A stretch of DNA of 64,000 nt from Macrostomum hystrix (Eukaryota > Animalia > Platyhelminthes). The translations under genes were made by a program, and so were the position numbers. The notes under the pieces were generated by a model. That model was not told the origin of the DNA, ran no database searches, and saw only the letters and a program-made list of their open reading frames with translations. The stretch is from NCBI GenBank assembly GCA_950097015.1, contig CATNEN010000008.1:3844001-3908000 (forward strand). Reading direction: 5' to 3'. Below are positions 22,634 to 33,963 of the stretch, piece after piece (within the stretch, counting starts at the first letter, position 1; each line of letters begins with the position of its first letter).

Positions 22634-23523
22634 TGATATCGGTACTGCTGCTGCTGCTGTGAGCTCTTGCAGTACTTGGCAATATGCCCAACTTTGTTAC
22701 AGTTAAAACATGTCGGCGGAGGCCTCGACTGTTGCTGCGGCTTCAGATACGTCTTCGGCTGCATGAGCGGCTGAGGTGTTACTTTCTGGCATTCAGCCTT
22801 CCTCCTTTCCTGAATCAGGTCTTCAATTAGCTTCTTCTGCTTATTGATTTCATACTTCTGCCTCTCGATGGTCTCCTCCATCTTCTTATTCCGATCCTCG
22901 TCAACTTGCTCGTCTTTTACGACTCGTACTCCATTCTTGTGCGACATATGCCACGCTGCTTCTATGCGTCTCAGCATTCTCCTAGCCTCTTGCAGGCTGG
23001 CTGGCTGTGCAAATATTAACTTTTCCCTAGTGTCGGAGGGGATTCTCGCTCCTTTGATGAACTGCTCTACTACCTCCTCCTCCCTTTGTTCTGCATTCAT
23101 ATTGGGGAATGCTTGCGCGGACAACTCAATCAAGGCATCTGCGAATGAGTCAACGGGCTCATTCCTCCCTTGCATTCTACCTCTAAATTCCTCCCTAAAC
23201 TCGGCTGAGCTTCCTAGTCTTCCAAACCTTTCTACAAGTCTTTCCTTCAGCTCCTCGTATGTTAGTTCTTCTGGCAAATTCAAACGTTGGACGGCTGCAA
23301 ATGCAGTCGCAAGATCTAAGTTAGCTAATAGCTCATTCTTCCTATGCTCGTCCTGTTCTAATCCTTCATTGTCGCATCTCTGATCGAATGCTGTAAGCCA
23401 AATTCTAATGTCCTGGCTTGGTGTGTACTTTTGGATCTTTACATGTCTCATGGGTCCTAATTCTAGTCTATTTCTTAATTCTTCTGCTAACAAGCCAATA
23501 GCATCATTAATTCCTGCGGCCAT
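22624..23523 (-). CDS. gag: Gag with CCHC zinc knuckle
   Basis: 299-aa ORF downstream of the PBS; CFNCNKVGHIAKYC knuckle; QxxxExVxxF capsid motif. Confidence 0.93.
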   Translation of the reverse strand: MAAGINDAIGLLAEELRNRLELGPMRHVKIQKYTPSQDIRIWLTAFDQRCDNEGLEQDEHRKNELLANLDLATAFAAVQRLNLPEELTYEELKERLVERFGRLGSSAEFREEFRGRMQGRNEPVDSFADALIELSAQAFPNMNAEQREEEVVEQFIKGARIPSDTREKLIFAQPASLQEARRMLRRIEAAWHMSHKNGVRVVKDEQVDEDRNKKMEETIERQKYEINKQKKLIEDLIQERRKAECQKVTPQPLMQPKTYLKPQQQSRPPPTCFNCNKVGHIAKYCKSSQQQQQYRYQGN

Positions 23524-23569
23524 ACCTTTATCTAACTTTCAAACTGACTGTGTGCTTTAGCTGGATTCC

Positions 23570-23590
23570 AATCCTTTACCGCTGACACCA
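23570..23590 (-). promoter_or_regulatory. Primer binding site (tRNA-Leu-like)
   Basis: TGGTGTCAGCGGTAAAGGATT begins 3 nt after the 5' LTR end. It resembles the complement of eukaryotic tRNA-Leu 3' ends (from memory). Confidence 0.75.
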
Positions 23591-23593
23591 AGT

Positions 23594-24348
23594 TGTCGTA
23601 GGGCTCCTTACTTAAATCTTACAGCTGCCACTAAGTTGTCGTAGGCTCTCTCCTCTTTGGGTTTAAATATCACCGATACTCTTTTATTAAATATTAACAA
23701 TTGCTTATTTCACACCTTGAATTAACCTTTGAAATAACTCTTAATTTCCCTTGTCTATGACTTAGTTATTCTTCATAGGCTAGCTATGTATCCTCTTATT
23801 GCATATGCATATATTGTTTAACTTGGCCAGATAGGCTGCTTTCCTTCCAAAATTGGTAGCGTTCTCACGAGTGTCCGAGCGGCAAGACACTTCTTCCTCT
23901 CCTTACTTACTCACAACTGTCTGGCTCTCTGGTTTGTTCCCAGTCTTTCAAGGCTTCCAATGGACTGAAGTTGCCCAACTTTGCACACAGTGCTATTCCA
24001 CCAATCAGGATTTTACCCTCAGCTCTTTAGTTTTACACTCTACTACGGCTTTTTATAACTATCTCCTTCTTTATTCTTTCGAATGTTCACCAACTTGTGT
24101 ATTATCACAGACCTGCTTTTCTCCTTCTCTCTAAAATAATTGAATTCAAACACTTTGAGATTTATTCTCCTTTGTTTTCTCAGAACTGGGCACGGGGCAC
24201 CGGTTGGGGATTTTGGGCAAAACTGCATCTATATTTATAGCAAAATTGGGGTGGATGATACGGTGTATTATAACAAAATGAAAATCGGGAAAAAGCATTT
24301 GGCGGGAATTCAACTTATAATTCTACGATAAAATTTGGGCCTGCCTCA
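23594..24348 (-). repeat. 5' LTR (755 bp)
   Basis: No difference from 15513-16267 noticed on reading. Confidence 0.97.
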
Positions 24349-24599
24349 ATACTTATCATCAATCAGAAATGATAAATCACAGCAATACCCGATTCTTAGT
24401 GATGCTTAGTCACAGCAATAACATATAATGAGAAAATAATATTAGGAACTCATAGAAACGTCTAATTTAATAGAATATACATTAGCAATAAATTTGGTAG
24501 GCTGAACAGTATTTGAACGACGAGTATTATGCAGCAAAATAAGTTGTTTATTTTCCGAATGATTAACTGAATTGAAACTATGGCTGATTACTTCGCAAA

Positions 24600-27500
24600 C
24601 TACCCAACTGAGCGACACTCCAACGGCAGATATTCCGCGAACCAGTTGGCTTCAACATGTCCAACAGCATCGTCGCTTCCACTTTGAGTCTCATGGGACA
24701 TCTTCTGAAGCGTGAACTTCACCAGACGGATTCCACAAAACACGAAACAGAACCGCCAACCATCGCCTTCAGCTAGCCAGCCTTCGGTAACTGACCTGGT
24801 CAAACGCAAGCGGCATCGTCCGTACTGTTGCTTGAATTCCTTTGATCCAGTCTGTTCCGTTTTCGAGCTCGACAAGAGACTCAACGAGCCTTCCGATTCG
24901 CTGTAAACCAACTGAAAGGACAATGTGCAGGTAGCTTGAATACAATTTTCGGCTTGACCAGGCTTTGAATCAAGGGTCTCTCGATAGTGCAATGTCAGCT
25001 GACGTCCCGGATCATCGTCGGGAGAGCCGACGAACTCTGCGATACCGGCGCTGCTTTCGTCACTTTCGGAAGCATGGCGATGACGATTACGACGAAACTT
25101 CCAACGAGTCGAGTGCAACGATCGAGCAACGGCTGCGGCAGCCGAGGTGCCGTTGGCGTCGGCACAGACGCTAGCCAGTTCGGCCACCACGGCCGGGTCG
25201 GGGCCGTCGCGCTTGTACGCATTCGGCAACAGGTAGTCGCTGAAGGCTGGCTGGCTGCCTATGAAGTTTTGAGTAAGTAGTATTTCTTCAAACTCTGCAT
25301 TACTCGCTCGTAAATGTTGACCTTCCTTTGCTCTTGAGATTTTAGATTCTTGCTCAAGGAACAATATTTAAGAGCGTAGATCACAGAATAAAGAATTGTT
25401 GGATAATTTAGCATGAGAGAGAGTTTCACAGCCTCACCGAACAAGTCGTTGCACATGCCGATCAGATCCGGGTGCGGGAACTGCGGCCTGGGTCGCTGCT
25501 CGCGCACCAGCCGCTCCGTCGCCAGCCCGGCGGTCATCTCGGCCTCGGATGGCGCCGCCTCGGAGCCGGAGAAGATCGCCGCAACCCGACGTGCCTGCAG
25601 CTCAATGACGGACCAGAAGGGGCCGCGGTACATGCCGACAAAGGCGAGGCCGGGCAGGCGCGGGTGCAGCATGCACTGGTGCAGCAGCAGAGGACAAAAC
25701 GAATCGATGTTGGTTCGCTTCTGCTGCTGATCTACAAAGGAGTCGATCTCGTAGTTTTTAAGCGCATTTGAGGCCCGATCTGCTAAAAAAGTTATCATTG
25801 GAATTTCACTAGAAAAATGTAACATTTAAGTGGGGATGGGGAATGGGGAATACATGCAAACGGTTATAAAAAATAACTACAGGAGGCTTTGGGTACAGCA
25901 CTTTGATCATTAGGAGGACCAAATGAAGTCAGTTAGAACGTAAATTTTCTAGCCTGTTCCGCGTACCCATGAGGGACGCAGACACGCTATCCAGGCACAT
26001 ACACAAGGTGTGTGATGTTTTGAGTGACTTTTTCATCTTCACTGTGCCCAGATGGTATGCCCAAATGTGGCCTCTCTGCGGATTCGAGCTCAGGGATCTT
26101 GTTGCGAGAGTTGGACGTCCCTGACACCCGTTGGACACCCGACACGGTGTTAGGTGCATTGTGATCGCCTAAATTGTTGGCATTCACTGGAAGTCAAATG
26201 ATCAGCCAATTCTCCAAGTATTTTTTGTTTTGCATCCAAGCCAGCACCGACCGTCGGTCTGCACGAGCTCCTCGAGAATGTCCGGCGCCAGGAAATCGAA
26301 GCGCGGCCGGAAGCCGCTGCACAGGATGACGACATCGTCCGGCCCGATTTCAAGAGCGCGCTGGCCATCATCCGAGCCCGCGGCGAGCAGCAGACGGTCG
26401 GGTTTCAAACCGGCCAATCGATTGAATATTAGGCGGATTCTGCCGGCAGCAAGCAGCTGGTGGTACAAGTCCGAGATGGTAGTCCAGGCGGGCATTGTGG
26501 ACGGTGAGTCACCGCAGCAAAGCTGACGCTGGCCGCCGCAGATTGACTCGAAGAAGGCGCTCACTTTGGCCCAGTCAGCGGGAGTTCGCAGCTTCTGAAG
26601 GATGGAAGAAGATCAAAATCAACAAGATCGATTTATATGCCAAGCAAGGTAAAAAGGGAAATGAAGGAGGGGAGTGCCAGATCGGCACGGCGTTCTACGT
26701 TCATACTTCATACCAAAGGTTTTGTGTGTGTGTGCGTGTTTATGGCTCAACTGATTTGACAGAAATGCCTGCAGCAGGTCGATTGTCACCAAATAATACG
26801 TTCATTCCTTGAGCCCCCGCGAAATTTCATCGCCACTCACCACTTCTCCGGTACTGGGCCTCTTGTTAGCCTTATAGAAGGCCACATCTAGGGGGACAAA
26901 GCTGGGTGCAGGTGACAATTCCGGGCCCGTAGCGATGAGGCGCGGCATCGCCCAGAATCCGTGCGACGCAATGTGCATCGTCTGGCTGGCAGTCAGAGCG
27001 GCGTCTGCGGCGATCTCGGCGGCGCTCAACGAAGCGCCAACGACGATAACCCGACGACTGGCCGTCTGCCAGTTGCCGCGGTACTGGCTGCTGTGCAGCA
27101 CTCCGCCGGCAGCTGCTGTCGTAGATTAAACGACAAGTTCTATATTTTACAAGTCTCAAATAATCTGCGTGTGGGTCATCGTTCAGAAATGTAACTTTAG
27201 GGATGAATTGACTTGTCGCCCTTTCCGAGAAAAAGAAACGTCCTTCTCGAATAACAATATTTGCAGGATGGTTGTGGGCATTGGGACAGTGGACGCGCAG
27301 CCTGCGAGAGGCAATATTGCCCATTCCGCTGACTGTACGAAGGCACACTCACACAAGTGTGCACCTCTGCCCTGACTTTCTCATCGTCAGGCAGTGTACA
27401 TTCTCCATTTTGCCTTGGGGGTGGGTAAAAACTACCCCAAGCCTTTTCTTCGCGGCTGCGCCCCAAATGAATGTGGCCTCACCGCAGAATCGAGCTCAGG

Positions 27501-28227
27501 GACTTTGGTGCGAGAGGCAAGCGCGTTAGCCGCTCTTCCAACTACTTCATATTCAGAAAAAATGAAATTTTCGTGATATTGAAAACAGTGAAAGGCTTTA
27601 CAATTTTTTTAGCCATTTGCGGTCATGCGGCCATCACTATATGATATGATAATTGTCCAAAAACATCCAACATACACATCTGACAAATTTTTTTTTGATT
27701 TTTTCTTAAACGTTCTTACCTGACGTGGAAGGCATCTGTGTGAAATCAGCACCTACAGGAAACGCCGCTTCGGCGAAGAACCCGGAGGCCACGATGATGA
27801 AATCAAATCGCATTGTGGTGGCCTGACGTTCTGCGCCAGCCTCAGCCGCTGTCACCAGCCAGCCCTGGCCGTCCGGCTCTCGATTAACTAGATCGACGCG
27901 CACTCCGAACCGCAAGACGTCCGATGGAATTCGAGTGCGAGCGTACTCACTCAAGTACGCGTGCACCGAGGCCTGACTGGGAAAGAGAGGCGCCTCAGGC
28001 GGCCAAGGAAAATCTGACAGCACCGTGCTGAACTTCGAGACGTTGACGCGCATGGACAGCCAGCAAGGCCTCAGTTCGGAGTTCCACATGCCGCCGAGGC
28101 CGGATGCGGACTCGAACACAGTCGGCGAGAGGCCCTCGCGTAGGGCGCTGTAGGCGGCGGCTAAGCCGGACACGCCAGCGCCGATGATGGCCACCGACTT
28201 TGGCTGCTGCTGAGGCCGCTGGAGCAT
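24600..28227 (-). CDS. Flavin-containing monooxygenase (class B) with extra C-terminal domain, 5 exons
   Basis: Exons ~27720-28227, 26841-27115, ~26251-26594, ~25434-25731 and 24600-~25259 join in frame. Motifs: GAGVSG FAD-binding, GGVLHSSQYR FMO fingerprint, VVGASLSAAEIA NADPH-binding, LCSGFRP, FVGMYRGPFWSVIELQAR. Confidence 0.9.
27290..27545 (-). mobile_element. tRNA-derived SINE (family 2), 3'-truncated
   Basis: Head GAAGAGCGGCTAACGCG..GAGCTCGATTC..GAGGCCACATTCATTTGGGGCGCAGCC is shared with 55960-56297 and 44535-44750. A degenerate head also lies at ~26060-26130. Confidence 0.75.
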
Positions 28228-28575
28228 CGAGTTTACGGGGCCACTTTATATATTCTTTGCCAAACCTGGGGAGTAAAATTTCTCAGCTCTGGGATTCGAA
28301 CTCCCGACCTCAACGGGACAAAACTTGTACATTTAGGATAATAATTAATTTGCTGACTGCATGCTCACATGAAACTTCTCGTCAATTAAAACTAACAAAG
28401 ATTTAATCAGTAACAAATATAGGATTTAGATTATCGTGATAAGCCATCAATAATATTTGAGGCACTCGCGTTTATTAAAACGGACACGATTTGAAATTTT
28501 CAATTCAAAGCAAACCAACAAGTACAGCAGAGAAATGCATATGCCAGTAGTTCTTGAAGCATTCGGATTCGACAG

Positions 28576-28584
28576 CTAACTTTT

Positions 28585-28621
<37 letters not shown>

Positions 28622-31238
28622 GCAGCAGTCGGCTCCTCGGGGGCAGCCATCAGCCGCCTCTTCTTAGCCGTATTCATATATGGCCTAGCAACAAACTCAG
28701 TCTCGGCTGTGTCAACCTCATCTAGCGGTCCCTGCACAATGCGATACAGTTGCAGCTCCATCCTGGGCCCGTGCTCAGTCAGCTCAGGCTGGCCAGCCAC
28801 AGTCTTGTAGCTGTACTGACGGAAGCTTACGTAGTCATGCTGAACAACAGCGAATGCACACACGCGCCGGGAGTCCGGCCTGGGCACCGGGAACAGGTGC
28901 TTGAGAATGCTGGCTAATCTGTGGGCCAGCTTGCTGCCGAAGCCGTGCAGCACCAGCTGCGGCAGCTCCTGCGGCTGGTGGCCAACGCCTGGCATATCGT
29001 GCCGCATCAGCACATTGTGAAGCGAGAAGAATGCGGTTGGGCCTGCGGATGCGGTGTGGGATTTGAGATGGGGAATTAGTTGGCCATTTGGCCTTTTTTA
29101 TGCAGGTAAATAAAACTCTAGGGCATATTCTTAATGGCTGACCTAGGGTAGGGAGGATAATTTCAATGGAAAATGGAAAAGAGGATAATTAGCTAACAAG
29201 CGGAAAATGGGAAAGAAGATTTTGCTAACAAATTGAATGAGGATAATTAGCTAACAAATGGGAAAGGTGATAATTCGAAAACAAATAGGAAAGGGGATAA
29301 TTAGTTGACAAATGGGAAAGAGGATAATTAGCTAACAAATGGAAAAGGAGATAATAAGCTAACAAATGGGAAAGGGGATAATTAGTTAACAAATGGGAAA
29401 GGGGATAATTAGTTAACAAATGGGAAAGGGGATAATTAGTTAACAAATGGGAAAGGGGATAATTAGTTAACAAATGGGAAAGGGGATAATTAGTTAACAA
29501 ATAGGAAAGTGGATAATTAGCTAACAAATGGGAAAGGGGATAATTGGCTAACGAATGGGAAAGGGGATAATTCGCTAAAAATCGAAAATGTGATAATTAG
29601 CTAACAAATGGGAAAGGGGATAATTCGAAAACAAACGGGTAAGGGGATAATTAGTTAACAAATGGGAAAGAGGATAATTAGCTAACAAATGGAAAAGGAG
29701 ATAATAAGCTAACAAATGGGAAAGGGGATAATTAGTTAACAAATGGGAAAGGGGATAATTAGTTAACAAATGGGAAAGGGGATAATTAGTTAACAAATGG
29801 GAAAGGGGATAATTAGTTAACAAATGGGAAAGGGGATAATTAGTTAACAAATGGGAAAGGGGATAATTAGTTAACAAATGGGAAAGGGGATAATTAGTTA
29901 ACAAATGGGAAAGGGGATAATTAGTTAACAAATGGGAAAGGGGATAATTAGTTAACAAATGGGAAAGGGGATAATTAGCTAACAAATGGGAAAGGGGATA
30001 ATTAGCTAACAAATAGGAAAGAGGATAATTAGCTAACAAATGGGAAAGGGGATAATTAGCTAACAAATGGGAAAGGGGATAATTAGCTAACAAATGGGAA
30101 AGGGTATAATTGGCTAACAAATGGGAAAGGGGATAATTAGCTAACAAATGGGAAAGGGGATAATTAGCTAGCAAACGGGAAAGGGGATAATTAGCTAACA
30201 AATGGGAAAGGGGATAATTAGCTAACAAATAGGAAAGAGGATAATTAGCTAACAAATGGGAAAGGGGATAATTAGCTAACAAATGGGAAAGGGGATAGTT
30301 AACTGACGTAAAATCCCACTGAAAAGGGGCACACTGATAAAACAATTGTTGGATAGGAAAGACAATAATCGCTTACCCAATGACCAAATACAATTGACTC
30401 ACCGAACGGCAGATGCGACACGATCAGTCCATCGGGCACACCCCTGGTCTCGCTGACCAGCAGCAGATCAGTGACAGCGTTAGCTTTGCAAGCTTTGACC
30501 AGTTCGGCTGTCTGATAATTGCCCCTATTCACTCTCTGACAGTTGGGGAATAGGAAGCGCAGCTCCTTGGCGAACTGCTTCAGCTTGGAGCTGGGATCTC
30601 GGGATGTGGTTAGCACCAGTTTGGGATCTTCAACCCCAGCCCAGCGGTACTCGTCGTCCTGACTGTTCTGTTCAAGATCCGGGTCCGCGTCTTCGCCGCC
30701 TTCGCCGTCCCAGTCAAGGTGTCTAAATAAAAAGAGTTGCGTTGAGGACACGACAAGTCAAAATCTGGGCCAATTAGAATACCCAGATGAGAAAAGTGAC
30801 CAATCAGAATTTCCTGATAAGGAAACTGACCAATCAGAATACCCAGATGAGGAAAGTGACCAACTATAATTTCCTGATTTAAAAAGTTAACAATTTGAAT
30901 ACTCTGATAACGAAATCGACCAACCAGAATACCCAGATAAGAAAAGTGACCAATAGAATTTCCTGATTAGGAATGTGACCAACCAGAATAATCTGATAAA
31001 GAAAGTGCCTTCATGACACTTAGGGCAATAATAGCCTATCTAACATCATGGCAAGGGCAACAAGCTACCTGTGCATCCGCAGGGCCTCTCGTTTCATGGA
31101 GTCCGGCAGTTGTGAGCTGCCACCAGCGGCCAGGGTCTCGCGCAGAGTTCTCTTTCGCTCAGCAATCTGCTGGTCGCGCTGCTCAATGCTCTTCTTGTAG
31201 ACGAATTCTCGCCTGAGTCGATTCTGTCGCCGCAGCAT
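28576..31238 (-). CDS. IMP4: U3 snoRNP protein IMP4 (Brix domain), 3 exons
   Basis: Exons 31069-31238, 30403-30722, 28576-29042. MLRRQNRLRREFVYKKS; DDEYRWAGVEDPKLVLTTSRDPSSKLKQFAKE; HGVPDG-like RGVPDGLIVSHLPFGPT; ELTEHGPRMELQLY; RPYMNTAKKR; poly-Ala tail. Confidence 0.96.
29170..30300. repeat. 27-bp minisatellite (AAATGGGAAAGGGGATAATTAGTTAAC) in IMP4 intron 2
   Basis: About 40 tandem copies. Confidence 0.96.
30768..31005. repeat. 30-bp degenerate tandem repeat with GACCAATCAGAAT core in IMP4 intron 1
   Basis: About 8 copies at 30-bp period. Confidence 0.85.
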
Positions 31239-33457
31239 AGCAATGCCGGCTGCAAACAAAGTACTGAGTACTTATAGTACTACTGTAATTAGGCATACAA
31301 TAGTAGTTACTACAGTGATAACCACTGGACTCTAATTGTAGTAGGGTATTTTCAAAATTTTGCCTTTTTGCTTCATAACATTTTAAATATTTTTGCATAA
31401 TAAATGTTTCCAAAAATATATTGTTTTAAACAAGCATGTATATCCTCCTGTAGAAAACAAGGAGTCGTTTTAATAAGAAATGAATGTGCCAGTGTGACAA
31501 AAAGCAAATAAACTATAATTGAGTAAGAAGGTAAAAGAGTCCGAAGAAGGTAAAAGAATATAGAAACTTTATGCCTAATCATTTAATAATAGAAATCAAG
31601 TAATATTAATTATTTTATTTTCATTTTAGTTAAGTATAAAAAATGTACTTTTTATTATTATTGCAAGCATACATAGTGCATGTAAATAGTTTATTTAATT
31701 TCTCAGATTGCTACATAGCTTGGCCTACGGATATGCTTCAGTGCTAGGCTCTTTGGTGCCAGGTTTTGCTTTCTGATACCTTTTTTATGCATTTCAGTTC
31801 CTATAAATACATGATTTAAAATTATTATTATTATTATTATTATTAGCAATACAAATACATTATTAGCAGTATGTCTGTCCTGCTACTTTTGTTTTTTGTT
31901 GTAAATGCTTAGGGCCTATAGCTTGCAACCATTGTAACTCCAATTGTACTACTAAGGCAAACAGATTGTTTGTATCACAATTCATTTGTGACACTCAAAC
32001 AATAAGTGAACAAATTAGCAAATGAAGCTAAATTAAAAGCCATTGCATTAAAACATAATAAAAACAAAGTAAAACTGAAAGTGACATACAACTAATAAAT
32101 GTACTGGTAAAACCAAAGATGTAAAGCTTCTAATTGTTTAATAGCAAACAAAGCAGGTGCAGGTGACAAAAAGCCAAGTTGCTGTCATCATACTAGGCCC
32201 TAGGCCCCTATCTGAAAACTGCCACCAAGTGTAATGTATATTTGCCTTCATTGTCTGATAGGCTGCGCACTGTTTGCAGAGCAGAGCCTCTTGGAATACA
32301 AGCTGAGCATCAAATGGGATCATGCCAAATTAGGGCCATATATGTATCATTTCAGTATTGATAAGGCAGTCTTGTTAAGTACTAAGCTAAGTTAGCTGGA
32401 TGCAATAAAGTTAAAGTGAGTCGTCAATATTTAATACATGATGACATGACCATGATGCCCTTGATGGGTCATATAAGAATCAGGCATATGTGATGCACTG
32501 GTAAGTCTGAAGCCCTGGCCCAGATGCCGACGGTCATGGTCCATGGAAATGGATTGAAAGATAACTGGTGAGTAAAATAACAAGGCCTAGAGCTAGTACA
32601 TACTACTTAAAAGGCTCGGCTGGGGAATGGCGACAAGACAAGATCTTACTTTTTTAGACATTGCCATTTGGTCTAGTCCAAAATTGATTGGTCATTACTT
32701 CAACTCAATAATTACGTGCGTATTGTGTACGTATAATTAACGTGGTGGTTACGCCAAAGACGCCTTAAAAAGATTTCGGCTTAACTTGGAGACGCTTTCC
32801 TAAAAAGGTTTATATCTTTGTATAAAAACTATTGCTTTTGTTCATCGTTTAGAAAAATCGTTTTCCTTGTTCAAAATATCATTGCAGAAACTATTGCTAA
32901 TTTACTGCTATTAGATGTTGTTTTATTAATTAAAAATAAATTTTCTGTTTCTTGGTAACTAATAAGTTCACTACCTTTATCTGAAAGACTGTTTCAACAC
33001 AAAGCATTTGCTACACATAGTACACGCTATGTAATTTTTTGTCTAGTGCCTAACTCAAATAATTTTTATTCATCTGGTATAAATTCCTAGCTTTATATTA
33101 TTTTTAAGAAGGGATTGACGAAACAATATAATTTTATTTTTTTCATTCTGACTGTATTTTAATTGTGTTAGTTACTGTTAGTAATTTAACCAATTGCATT
33201 CACGAGTCTGTAAAAACTGAGTTGTGATAAAGCCAAAATGTCACAAGAACTTTTGACCGTACTTCAAAATCCTAATGTTCAAGGTGGACATGATGAAAAA
33301 GTTATTGGAGGTAATTACAACTTTTGTTGCATATTTCAAAATTGTCATGACCTTTTAACTAGCCAGTGAATTTTATCACGAAATAGTTTACAAGATACCT
33401 GCCCTTGTCTTAAGGAGCCAATAAATATGGCAACTAATCAAATGTCCCAATAAAATA

Positions 33458-33963
33458 TGGTAGTTGTTATTTGTCCAGTTAACCAGACAAATAGCCAATT
33501 ATTTGTTATTTGTCCAGTTAACCAGACAAATAGCCATTTGATTATTCGTCCGGTTAACCAAGTTATAACTTATAACTAAGTTATAAGGGGTTGAAAGCGC
33601 TACTACGAGAACCTTTATCATTTGTAAGATAAAATAATTAACAAGCTGCAAAAGGACAGTCATTCAGATTTGAAGTTTGTGTCTCAAATTATTTTCACTT
33701 ATCAGCTAGGCCTAATTAAAAAAATTAAAACCATTTCCAGAAATTCGGTTGTTTCAGGGACTTACTTAGTTCAAGGGTATAGTTTGGTCTTTGTGAGGCC
33801 AAGACTCAAGATGGCTCTCAGCAGGGCAAGAGTGGTCGTTGAGAGGATCGTTGCTCCTGCTTTTTGAAAGGGGAGAAATTAAGTCCTTGGGTGGTTAACC
33901 GGTTAACCGGACAAAAAATCAAATGGCTATTTGTCCAGTTAACCGGAGAAATAACAACTACCA
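33458..33963. mobile_element. MITE with TA target duplication (Tc1/mariner-like)
   Basis: TGGTAGTTGTTATTT...AAATAACAACTACCA termini flanked by TA on both sides; TIR ~65 bp, with one subunit duplicated in the left arm. Confidence 0.75.

Larger units (their letters stand above)
15513..24348 (-). mobile_element. Full-length Ty3/Gypsy LTR retrotransposon
   Basis: Two 755-bp TG...CA LTRs, 4-bp TSD ATAC (15509-15512 and 24349-24352), PBS, PPT, gag and pol in PR-RT-RH-IN order. Confidence 0.97.

Noticed and set aside
29225-30345. ORFs of NYPLSHLL repeats
   Set aside because: Stop-free frame of a 27-bp minisatellite inside IMP4 intron 2.
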